From the NCBI GenBank assembly GCA_040954595.2, contig CM082591.2:11239309-11303308 (forward strand): a stretch of DNA of 64,000 nt. The letters are read 5' to 3'. Origin of the DNA: Balanoglossus misakiensis (taxonomy: Eukaryota > Animalia > Hemichordata). Below the pieces are notes generated by a model. The model was not told where the DNA came from. It worked only from the letters and a program-made list of their open reading frames with translations, and made no database searches. The position numbers were made by a program, and so were the translations under genes. Below are positions 40,301-52,300 of this stretch, piece by piece (within the stretch, counting starts at the first letter, position 1; each line of letters opens with the position of its first letter).

Positions 40301-43300
40301 CTGATGAAATATACGGGAGTTTTAATATTGACGTGAATATTTTTATACGTGTTCGCTGTTTTCCACATGTCAAATTAGTTCACTGGTGACAGATTTCAAG
40401 TACAAGGCATCGCTAAGATCATGCTAATGAGAAGATACAAAAACTTTGCGAGTATTTTCCATGTAAGCAACAATGACCTCGTTTTGCCCTGAGGTGTCCA
40501 CTCTACAAACAGGGCAGTTTGATGCAACCTCAAACCACTGGGTGAGACAAAATGAACATAAAGTGTGGGGACCATCACACAACAATTGCACAGGTTCATC
40601 GACAATATCCTTGCAGATTGGGCAATCAAGTTCACTCGAAACTTCATCTATGAATCGGGGCGAGGATAGTGCCATCAAACTGGTCAGGAGTACTTCTTTC
40701 CTGCATTGATTTTAACAGCATTCAGTAAATCACTCTGGTCATTTGCTGATAGAGTTTGATCTGCTCTCTTCCAGCTGCCAATTTTGTCAACATGCAGTGC
40801 TTTTATGTGATTTTTGGCATTCAGACACATTTCATCAACCATTTCTTGGACAATTGGATATACCACCTTCAGAACATTCTGAAATGCAGGTCTTGATAAA
40901 ACACTAATTCCCAAAGAAACACCCAAACATTTGGATATATCACTGAAGTGATTACCTGATATCAATTGTGCCACATGCAAGGCTAATGAAACAAATGTCC
41001 TACGACTTCCTTCAATGTATGTTGGACTGTCAAATGATACATTGCCCGGAGTACATCCATTGTAGGAATACTCAACTTTCAGACTCCCTCCCAAGCCATG
41101 TGCAGATACCTTTCCCAGAACGAGAATACCTGAAACAGTAGAAAAACACAAAGGTGGATTGTATTTATATTCTAAAGCCGAGGCTGAAAATCTTGAATTT
41201 ACATGGTTGATGAAAGAACATAACACTTACCATGACATCCCTCGGTACTGTACACATTAGTGCTGTTTATGCTGTTGATGAGGTTTGCAATGCAGGCAGA
41301 CTGTCCCACATAAAATCGGTGTCCTACGCATACCTCGCCTTTTGTTAATGTAACTGAAAGCAATCAAATACAAATAGCAACAAAGATTATTTCCAAGCCA
41401 ATCTACTGCATCGAAAGTAAACTGTAATCTGCGTCCATCTAAATCCTTCTTTCCTGTTGATCATTCAAAATGTAAACAACCACTATGAACAGCCAACTGG
41501 TCAAGTTCAGCGTACTCCAATGTGTTGCAATCAGCAACAATTACATGCAAATCTTAGGAAAATGGGACATGTTCTTTTGTAAATTTTCCAAAGGTGCCTA
41601 CAGTTGCACCGTCACATTGTGAATAATCAAAACGCCTTTTCATTTTGCACAAATGTGCGCACTCGGGGATTTACATTGACTTGTGTGGGAAAAAGTTTCA
41701 ATTTAACTTCAGTAGTGGGACTGACTTTCCTTCTTACTAGTATACTATACACCACTTTCATAAGTAGCGCCCTCTACAGGCGATGACGTCATTCGGGAAA
41801 AAGTTTGAAGAAGCCATTTTGTCAACGGTTTTTTTCTTACTTGGCGCCTGGTCTTTTTTCAACGCGGTCGCGGGAAGCTGGAAATGGCTGCAAAAATGGT
41901 GAGTGCGATTTCAGTTTTCTTCTCAAAGTCCTTATTTGGTTCTGCCAAGTAATTTCAGACTGCCGGTCACTCATAAATATTCATCGTCGGCATTAATATT
42001 CATTACTTAAATATTTACATCCTATTACTTATTCATGTCCTCGGCTGCGTTAAAGGTATACGGTCACCCATGGAAAATTAGCCATAGTTACCATGGCAAA
42101 TTGAGATCTAGCCAATCACAGATTTTCAGTGGGTGGCACACGCGAAAAAAAGCGCCACCATATGTTCTTTAGAATGCTCAAATACGCCATTTCAGCCATA
42201 TATGGGCGTATGTAAATTGGAGGTGACTGTATACCTTTAACTACTTGCTCTACGCAGCTCAGTGATCGAGTTTTCATTCACAACTAATACAAAAGACCCA
42301 ATAGCTACAATGACACAATATCTGAACAACTAAATACTATTAGCAACTGTTTCATACCTCTGGTTTTTGTTTCTTTCACGATCTTTTGTTTATTTAAAGC
42401 CTCAGTATTTCTCGTAGGGGCAAAATTTTGTTTGAAACGGCATCTTTCTAAAAGTAGATGATAATTGATACTGAATCGAACAGTCATCATCCCCAGCTCT
42501 GCTCATAAACTCATACAATTTACAATATAACGAGTGAAGAATGACTTTCTGTCCGGACAGAAAGTCAGGCTTTGTTGACACACGTGACTAGTGCGCATGC
42601 GCACTCAAATGTGAATCTACGCGGAAGAGGTTTGGTCGCCCCAAATCAAGCGACTCAGCGAAGAAATGCGCACTAATTCGGCGAAATTTTGGGAAGATAA
42701 CTTTATGGGAGAAATCAGTCGATTGAACCAGATCAAATCCGAAAATGGTCTGACCATCAAATGTCAAAGTGGCACGTTTGCTGATCGACATGTACAACAT
42801 TTCCGTTGTAAACAAACCCGCGCATCATTTCAAGTGTTACGGGCAATATTTACAGCTTGCATGTGGCTACAGTTGCGCAAACCTTTCTTCTATCTTCATT
42901 ATGTAGTATTCCAAGATAAATGTACGGGAAAAACGGGCATTTTTCGATGATGAAAAATGGATACACACGAGAAATACTGGGGCTTTAACCGCAATATACA
43001 TGGGCCAGCCAGGGTTACAATTTTTATCACTTTCATTCCATTGACAGGCTATCCTTTGAGCTACCACTGAGCTGACTGAAGTGGATCATGAGTTTTCAGA
43101 ACGGTAGTGTGGCAAATGCTGTGCAGCCTAGCTGTAATTGTACAAATGTGAGTGATTGTTTTTCAGATGCTTCAATAATGTTACACATGCAAAGTGAGAA
43201 TTCACATATTTTCAGTAGTAATATGCCTAATTAAAATATTCATTTGTGTCGATAATTTTTTAATGTTTGAACTACTTTATCCAGGTGACCAGACCCCTAA

Positions 43301-46300
43301 TTAAATGAACAAGTTGGTCAGTGTTATACATGTAATAATAATTGAATTTTATAAAATAAATAAATGAATTGATGGGTTGCAAAAGAAAACAAAAATAACT
43401 TGATCATTTGGTATACAATTTCCAAATATTGGTTTCTTTTCCTTGCCAAACTTCATGCATGATTTGACTTTTTTTCTATAAAGCTAACTGAGGAAGACAT
43501 ACCGGGTTCTGTTCTATCGAAGGATGTTGAAAAATGCAAAAAGAGTGAACTACAGTTTTGGTTAAAATGCCATGGATTGGTGCACAAGTCGGCGGATACC
43601 AGGGCAACACTCATAACAAGGTCATTATTACTCTTGCTTTTCACTAATATAGTCCGATGTGTTGAATGCTGATATTGATGTCATTAAATGCTTTGAAATA
43701 TTTATCAACACATGTTCCTTTGTATTCCAGAGTCCGGAAGAGGTACCATGATGCCCATACTATTGTTGACCCTGATCCAGGACTGTGTTACACACGGGCG
43801 AAGAGGCTCCGTTGTCCAAGATGTAAAGATGAAGACACTGTTGATAAGACTCAAACTGTTGACATTACTAGTTGTGATGATTGGACCAGTTCTTGTGGTT
43901 CAATACCAACAGGTTTTTCATATGTTCAAATTATGAACCATGTGAAAAAGTCGGGCAAAGTTGTTGGGGATTATGTTGAAAAACCACTTGATAAAGGGTA
44001 CAAATTTTTTTATGGAAATTATGTACACAATGTAAAAAGCTGCAAAACAGACACACATTGTTTAATCAAAGGGAGGTGTTACAGGTCCCAAAAGAAAAAT
44101 GAACCGCCCCATTTTGTCAGCTTGTCACTATGTTCAGTAACAGCTGAGGTTTTTAATGCAAAATGCTCATGTGTTGCAGGTACTGCAGGACATTGCAATC
44201 ATATAGTGGGACTTTTATATTTACTTGACCACTGCAAGAAATTAAAACTGAGAGAGTTTCCTTTACTGGGAACATGCACAGATAATCCACAAAAGTGGCA
44301 TCGTCCCAGGACTGATGGAATTGCACCTGAACCAATAATGGGATACAATGTTTTTAGACCAAAGTATGGGACATCTTCCTCTGGGGTAGCTTGTACTTTG
44401 TATGAAGCTAGGGGGAAAGCTGTATTGCAGACATCAAATGATCAATTGAAAGAACTCAGTAATGATATTCAGGACTTAAATTTGGGTTTTTCTCATTTGA
44501 CCCCCACAACTGATGATACTGATATGGTACCAACAAAAATGGGTTTCCATGTGCCTGTGGGTAGTGTTCTCAGTTACCAGTTGTCCTTAACCGAAGGCAA
44601 TTTTGATGTCCTGTGTAATATTTCCAATGATTTCATTGTAGAATTAATTCCAGAAACCTACCCTAGGCTTCCACTGTCTGCTGTCCCTATCTTCAACGTT
44701 AATGGCCCTTGCATTGAGAGTGTGTCTAGATAAACTTAAGCTGAACTCTGATGCATCAGCGCAACTAGAAGAACAGACCCGTGGCCAGATTTGTAACCCC
44801 TTATGGTTTGAAGCCAGGAAATTCAGATTAACGAGCATCAAATTTGGGGGGGTGTTGTTAAAAAAAGACCACGGGGAAATCATAGCAAATTTGTACGGAG
44901 CTTATTAATCACAAAAGACATGTCGCATATTCCAGCAATAAAATATGGCCAGGATAACGAATCAAAAGCTTTAAAAAATATGAAGATTTCATGATAAGTA
45001 GTGGTAGGCAGGTTTCTGTTTTTAGGGTGGGTTTGGTTGTTAACCCATCAATGTCCTGGTGTGGTGCATCACCAGATGCCAAAGTTATCGATGAACACAG
45101 TGGTGTTGGGATTGCCGATATAAAATGTGCGTATGCATATAGAGATGTTAGCCCAAGAGATGCCTGTAGTGACACAAGATTTTATTGTGAATTAGTGGAT
45201 GGTGTGCCTCGTCTTAAGAAAAATCACAATTATTATTATCAAGTTCAAGGCCAGATGGGCATATGTGGTGTGTCATGGTGCGACTTCGTTTTATACACAA
45301 ATAAAGGTCTGTTGATAGAGAGAATAAAGTTTGACGTTTCTTTCTGGGAGTCAATGATGGAAAAACTTATTGGTTTTTACGAGACACATTTTGTTCCTGT
45401 AGCATCTGAAATGATAGATTTTGTAAATATAGATGCAAATTAAGCTGAAATGATAGATTTTGTAAATATAGATGCAAATTAAGCTGAAATGATAGATTTT
45501 GTAAATATAGGAGCAAATTAAGCTGAAATGATAGATTTTGTAAATATAGGAGCAAATTAAGCTGAAATGATAGATTTTGTAAATATAGGTGCAAATTAAA
45601 CAACTATTGTACTAGCAGTATGGAATTCAGTCTTGTTTTATTGTTGTCTTAATATGCACAATACAATTCAACAAAAACAATTACCATAAGATATCTCATA
45701 CATGACCCTGTTATTTATTATATTAAAGCCACAGTATTTCTCGTAGGGGCAAAATTTTGTTTGAAACGGCATCTATAATTTCTAAAAGTAGATGATAATT
45801 GATACTGAATCGAACAGTCATCATCCCCAGCTCTGCTGATAAACTCATACAATTTACAATATAACGAGTGAAGAATGACTTTCTGTCCGGACAGAAAGTC
45901 ACGTGAGTCAGGCTAATGTTGACACACGTGACTAGTGCGCATGCGCACTCAAATGTGAATCTATGCGGAAGAGGTTTGGTCGCCCCAAATCAAGCGACTC
46001 GGCGAAGAAATGCGCACTAATTCGGCGAAATTTTGGGAAGATAACTTTATGGGAGAAATCAGTCGATGGAACCAGATCAAATCCGAAAATGGTCTGACCA
46101 TCAAAATGTCAAAGTGGCACGTTTGCTGATCGACATGTACAACATTTCCGTTGTAAACAAACCCGCGCATCATTTCAAGTGTTACAGGCAATATTTACAG
46201 CTTGCACGTAGCTACAGTTGCCCAAACCTTTCTTACATCTTCATTATATAGTATTCCATGATGGATGTACTGGAAAAACGGGCTTTTTTCGATGATGAAA

Positions 46301-49300
46301 AATGGATGCACACGAGAAATACTGGGGCTTTAAAATCTCAGTATTGTCCCGTTATAGCCCCAGTAACACTAATTTTGAGACTCTGTGTCAGTATTTTTTG
46401 TTGTTACTCCATATTTCCAAAACATGATGAAAAAAAACACAGAAATGTTATTACCACTGTGCTTTAATCTGGCACAGAAATGATTGGGTTCTGGAAGAGA
46501 GTCAAAAGTGCACAGACTGTCCATATCTGATTGATTGACCCTGTTAATGACATAGGGATCACAGAATCAAAAATATGGAAATTTTTCACTTTATTTCTTG
46601 CTCTTTCTACATGGATTCTTTCTGATGCAATCTGCTGAGTTTCAATAACATCATAATCTGGCATTTGTCCCTTTTGCCCCAGAAATGGTGGGATATTGAG
46701 CTTTACATTGATTGGATCAAGTAGATCCTGAATATCAAAGCCTTTGTCAGCTAGTATGCAATCTCCTGGCTCAAATGAATTTTGCAATAGGCCACTTCTG
46801 ATGGTCAAATCACGATCTGAAATACTACCAGTGTACAGCTGTGAGACAAAGCTGATGTTACCAGCAGGACTGATTCCAATCAGACCTTTCAGTGTGTTTG
46901 TTGATTTATAATTTCTATATGATTGAGATTTCAACATTAATGATGATGGCATTTCAATCTTTATTTCTGTTGCATCAATGATTATACGTGTATCAGCATA
47001 TTTCTCTTTGAATGAATCTGGCATTGTGTTCACAACAACCTGCTTAGATGGCCATATATTTATGGTACCAAGTCGGAGATACAGAAAATTTGACCGAACA
47101 GAACAATATTACTGACAGTGGTGACAGAAACTGAAAATCGATATGACAAATCACGCTAAAAAAGACCCAACCGTACCCTGCACAAAAAAAGAAAAAAATG
47201 ATTTTGCACAGACAATTTCCACGGTCTTCCAACCTTTGTTCCAGTCTGCTGGTGGGAACTTGCTGTCTGGCGAACATTTACGAGGTTTTCACCATTTGGC
47301 CCAGGGTTTACATATTTTAGAAGGGAATTAAAAACATGAATATTAGGAAAACCTGTGTAAAAAGAAATATCACACTCTTTGATGTTCTGTATCGAAAATT
47401 CGGAGTTGCGAAGAGCAATCTCCAGACGATGGTTCTCTACAGTTAATTGTTGGATTTTGTTTTTAAGTTCCTCCATTTCTTTGGCCATGATTTCAAAACG
47501 CGAGGAAGTTTCTTCATCAGCCCTTGCAACCTTGGTCGATGCATCCCCAGATTCCAACTGCATCATGGTTGTCTGGTTCTCATCCATTTTGCACAACCGC
47601 GACAGTTGCAGAGCATTTAATGGCCGACTTGGCTTAGGCTGAGCTGTTATATGAGGAATATCTTCCCAACACTTAAAAACACACGGGACAGCCCCTGAAT
47701 GAATCGTCCTCCTGCCACTGAATTGGTGAAACTCAATATCATCTTCTCTGAAATGGAGGGAGCAAACAACTGTATGATTTCCAACCTGAAAAATAAAAAA
47801 AAATAAGCAATAGTAGAGGGATTATATTTTAGATTCAGCATGTTTCCAAAGACTTGATTTGTGTTGGAAAGTTACACAGTGGCTGTGACCATAGACCCTA
47901 GAGAAAGAAGGACGCGCAATTGCGGCAAAGATCAAAGGGTTTGCAGTCTTCGGACTGAGCGCGATTCCCATTATCAAAACACCGCAAAGCATGCTGGGAA
48001 ATTTCAGCACTCATTGACCTCTGTTATGGCGGCCAAGAACCCAGCGTACGTGGAGAGATTTCAATCCAATTTTTTTCCATGTTTTGAGAGTACTTGACAG
48101 ATTTCGTTATCTTTGTGAAAATTATTGAAGTAAAGCAATAAGAGAATCAAAGAGATGAATTCGGTAGATTTGCGAAAAATAAAAATAAAAGAGTTACCTT
48201 TGACCCCTTCTATTTTAGCCTTCAGAGGCATATACCAACTTTGATTTTTTGTGCCTTTTCATCCAAAGCTTCAATGGACGAGAAAAAACGTGGTATATAC
48301 TCTATTTCATTAGAACTTTGTTGGAAACTATCGTATATCATGATCAACGACTGAATAGAGACTGTGGGACGTCTCCAATTGGTGTTGTTAAATTGGCGAT
48401 TTTGTAGCAAAATACCGTGATTTTGCCGTGTCGTAGTAAAAAAAATCCAGACGCAAATGTCATGCAGAGTGTTTATTTTAATCACTCATCACCTCTTATG
48501 CTCATTTTTTCGTCCAGAAAATCTTGCCCGTAAATTCCACACTTTCTGACAGGGTCTTCCTGGCACACACTGTTTTTGGGTGAAAATGCAGTGATTTGTT
48601 TGATTTTTTGTGCCTTTTCATCCAAAGAGTGAAAACTTTTCAAACTCGAATTTCTGGGGTCATAGATACTTTATTGTTATCATACGAACCTATTTTAGCT
48701 AGTGCTAAGCCTCTAAAAAAATATGCAGTCCCTTGAAGTGAAGCATAAAACGTAGTTTGTCGATATTTTGGTTATGAATGTTTGTGGGCCTTCAATCAAT
48801 AATTTATCAGGTACGACCATCCGCAGTGCCCAAAATACTTACGATACATGTTGTTATTTCGTAATCACACCGATCGAACACAGATACCTCGCGTGGATGC
48901 ATGCACCATGTCGTTTTTCAACGGTTTTGTGAATTTAATACCAATTTCAAGGGAAGTGCTTGCAGTCATGTATCCCACAATCAGCCAAAATAAGACTCCA
49001 ACAGCGAAAAAAGAGACGCATCTGGAACAAACACGCATATTTACTTCCTCTGACTTCCGTAAGAACCGCGATTACATGCAGAATTACCCCACTAGAGCCC
49101 ATGTGTGTACCCTAATCACATGGGTCAGTCTCTGACACAGAGATATCAACGCCCCTTTCATGACGTTCAAGCCTGATGACAGCATCATTGATCAATGGGT
49201 GGGTAGATATACTCATAACTGACATGATCTTATATATAAATATTCAGATATTTGTTTACAACAAACTTAGATGTATCGAATAAACTTTGAGCAAAAGCGT

Positions 49301-52300
49301 GAAGCCTTGCCTTTCCTGGCGGGAGATTGACGCATGTTGTTTACGTTACCATGGCGCCATAGAAATAGTAACGCTATTTAGCATATCACGTGCACTAAAT
49401 GACACCCACTGGTTGGCGTATTCAAAAGGTCATAACATTTTGGGGTCATCAGTCGGCAGACTGAAAGTCATTGAGAAATTGTGGTTTCTCGTCATTCAAT
49501 TGAGGTTCATTGGTCAGAGAAAGTCGTCTGGGAATCGACAGGTTTCGCTGCTTGCTGCATATGCTGAAATATTGCACCAGCACCATTTTAGCAACCACGA
49601 TCTGTCAAATTTTGGTCAGTTCCATAGGCATCGCCATGCAATTTGCAGTGCGGGGCTGGTAAATTCAAGTGTTGATGTTTTTTCTGAGTTAATTTTTGTA
49701 AAAAAATCACGTTGGTTTTTGGATTTGTCACAGCGAGTAAGGAACTTAATGTCAGTTCTTTGTTAAAAGCTAAGCTCGCTGGATTTTTTTCGTGTTGGAG
49801 ACACTGCGACTTGTAATTTCTGTTTCCGACCGTAATTTTCCCGACACTCGACAGCGTAGTCAGCCTTTTTGAATACTTAATGAGTGATAATGGACACGCC
49901 CACTTTTCGCGCTCAGTCCGAAGACTGTTGGGGATTATCGGTATGACGATGTTCTTTTGCATATAATTAACACCTAGGACGGTGGCACGCGTGAATCTCC
50001 ACTTTGGCACGCGTCGATGTCATTAGCATATCATTAACATATCACCAAAAAAATAAACGCAACTCTGTGATGCGCGACAGTAACCAAAACTGGCACTCCT
50101 ATATTTCAGCAGCCACTGCGTTTTTTTCTAAAATTCAAAAAGTATTACGTTGTCTGTGCTATTTATTATGGTTATAGTGTTCGTCTGTCGGTTGAACGGT
50201 CATTTCTAGTGCCACAGGCTTCATTTAAAAATTGTAAACAAATCATCCATGTTTTTTGCATGTCCGACTGGGCACTCATACTTCTTGGTAATGCTGACAC
50301 TTTTCGTAGTAATTTTATGTTTGCGTGAAGCATTGAAACAAAAATTGTGGTTTAGGGGCATTTTATTTCGCAGTGCGTGAACAATGAAACAGATTTCACG
50401 AAAACAATTTGTAAACAAACTTTGTGGATTTTCACGTGTGCGCTATGGCCGCCATCTTGGTTTCTCATGGTTGACGACGACAGGAAGCCCTAGGTACGGT
50501 TAGCTCACAGCCTTGTCAAATACCGGGACTGTTCGACAAAAGATGCTTGTTTTGGACGCTGTCAGACTCAGAAGTGCCAAATTCGTGTTTAACTTGTCCA
50601 GATGTGTTCCATAAATGATCGCTGCAGTTCAACCACGTTGCAGTTTTCTCGTCTTTTCTCGCAAAACGCGAGACTTTACGTAAGTTTATACATAGTTTAT
50701 TTGCAAATTGGATTATTGAGGATTATCCGGAAATAATGTATGCAAAAGAACATCGTTTCAAGAAAAACCTGGAGTTGCGCGTCCTTCTTTCTCTAGGGTC
50801 TATGCTGTGACCTATATTTATATATGTACAACAATTACATAATGAAATTTTCATCTAATTCTTTAGACAGGAATATTTGATTTTTCATTTTTCATAACAG
50901 CAAGATGGTGTTTAGGGCTTTAAACAAATCGCTCCACAAATGTTCATTTTAAGAAATTTAAATACCTTAAGATGGGTCCCTAGGATCTTTTTGCCCGTTG
51001 CTATGGGCCTTTATAGGACATTACACCCCGATTTGGACTAAGCCGTTTTCAGAGTCTAACAAGGGGCTGGTAACTAGTTAAAAATACGCACGATTGTGAG
51101 CGCGCGCCCCCTGACGCCATTGATATGCAAATTAGTTAGGTCAAATTTCAAAAGCCTAAGGCTTTTTATTCCGTGACCTCAAAAACGAACTTGATACGTA
51201 TTCATTAGTTGCTTGAACCAGGGAAGATCGTGACGGATTTTGTTTTCGAATATTATCGTTGTATCCTACGATTTCAGCATACCCGTACCACACCTGAAAA
51301 AGTCATCGATTTGGGGTGTTTTTGGACGCACTCTTCCACTGGTATCGCTTCTTAGCACGACGAAAACCGAAAAAACGATCCGTCACACTATGCGGAAGTG
51401 CGTTCTCAACAAGCAGGTCAAATTTGGCTGGCCTACGTCGCCTGTGAAAAAAGCCTTAGGGATTTTCGTGAACGGTACAAAATCTCTGTGTACAAAACAT
51501 TGGATTTTTAGCGTTCGATCCAGTTACTGTGGTTACAGGACGCGCACGCTATCGCTGACCGCTGCTTTGCCGTATTAGCGTGGCGGCCTATGGCCGGGCG
51601 GTAGCTGCCGTAAACATACTCAGACAGGGGGTGTGCACACAATCGTGTGTATTTTTAACTAGTTACAAGCCCCTTGTCGGACGTTCATAACGGTTTCGAT
51701 CAAAATTGAGTGTAGTGTCCTATAAAGGCCCATAGCAACGAGCAAAAAGATCCTAGGGACCCATCTTAAAGGACTTGTCTTCATCACGTCTTATTTTTGT
51801 CAGCCATATCTTTTTCATTTCTTCATTTTGTGGGAATTTATGATACGTAACAGTACCATGCCCTGGAACAGAAAACTTCCCATAGCTGGTACAGCGTGGC
51901 ACAGCACAGTTTTTTTTTTTTTGTAGCATTCCTGGAGCTCACCTTAGAAAAAAGCTTAATAAAAAAATAATATGTGATGTAAAAATATATGAAAAAACAT
52001 GGTGGTATCTACAAGTTATGCTGATCACAGCTACCATTTGCAATCAAGCAAACAAATCCATATTCCCTCTATAGGATATACCTATTGTTGATTCCTAAGG
52101 TGAACTTATTTGTAATAAATATTATCAATAGTCATTACTTATGCACAGCCTAAGCTGAGATTTCAAAGAATTGGGATTCCATCGCGCTTTGGGGATTAAT
52201 AGCATAGTAACATAGTGTTGGTATTAACTGTCAGGAAATTTCACCACACAAACAATCGTCATTTAATAGGCACCCAGGAGACCCTGGCTGACCCATGTAT

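Larger units (their letters stand above)
41884..45443 (+). pseudogene. SAP-like / SWIM zinc finger / YqaJ (lambda-exonuclease-like) protein, frameshifted
   Basis: Exons 41884-41898, 43484-43620, 43731-45443; [18 protein letters not shown]; [13 protein letters not shown]; [16 protein letters not shown]; GASPDA; DIKC; [13 protein letters not shown]; frameshifts near 44700-44730 and 44900-44990. Confidence 0.88.

Noticed and set aside
41805-41996. Identical 63-aa ORF repeated at 52523-52714
   Set aside because: TTG-start ORF inside the TIR; the identity reflects the inverted repeat. The plausible coding part is only the MAAKM micro-exon, in another frame.
43666-45443. Phage or bacterial lambda-exonuclease acquired by horizontal transfer or contamination
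   Set aside because: The gene has spliceosomal introns and is paired with a THAP-DDE transposase inside TIRs, the normal ISL2EU layout.
45405-45599. CRISPR-like array, and the 78-aa repetitive ORF 45367-45603
   Set aside because: Units are contiguous with no unique spacers; this is a minisatellite, and the ORF is its antisense reading.
46464-47033. Domesticated HARBI1 host gene
   Set aside because: The ORF is the 3' part of a disrupted THAP-containing transposase inside TIRs, not an intact host gene.
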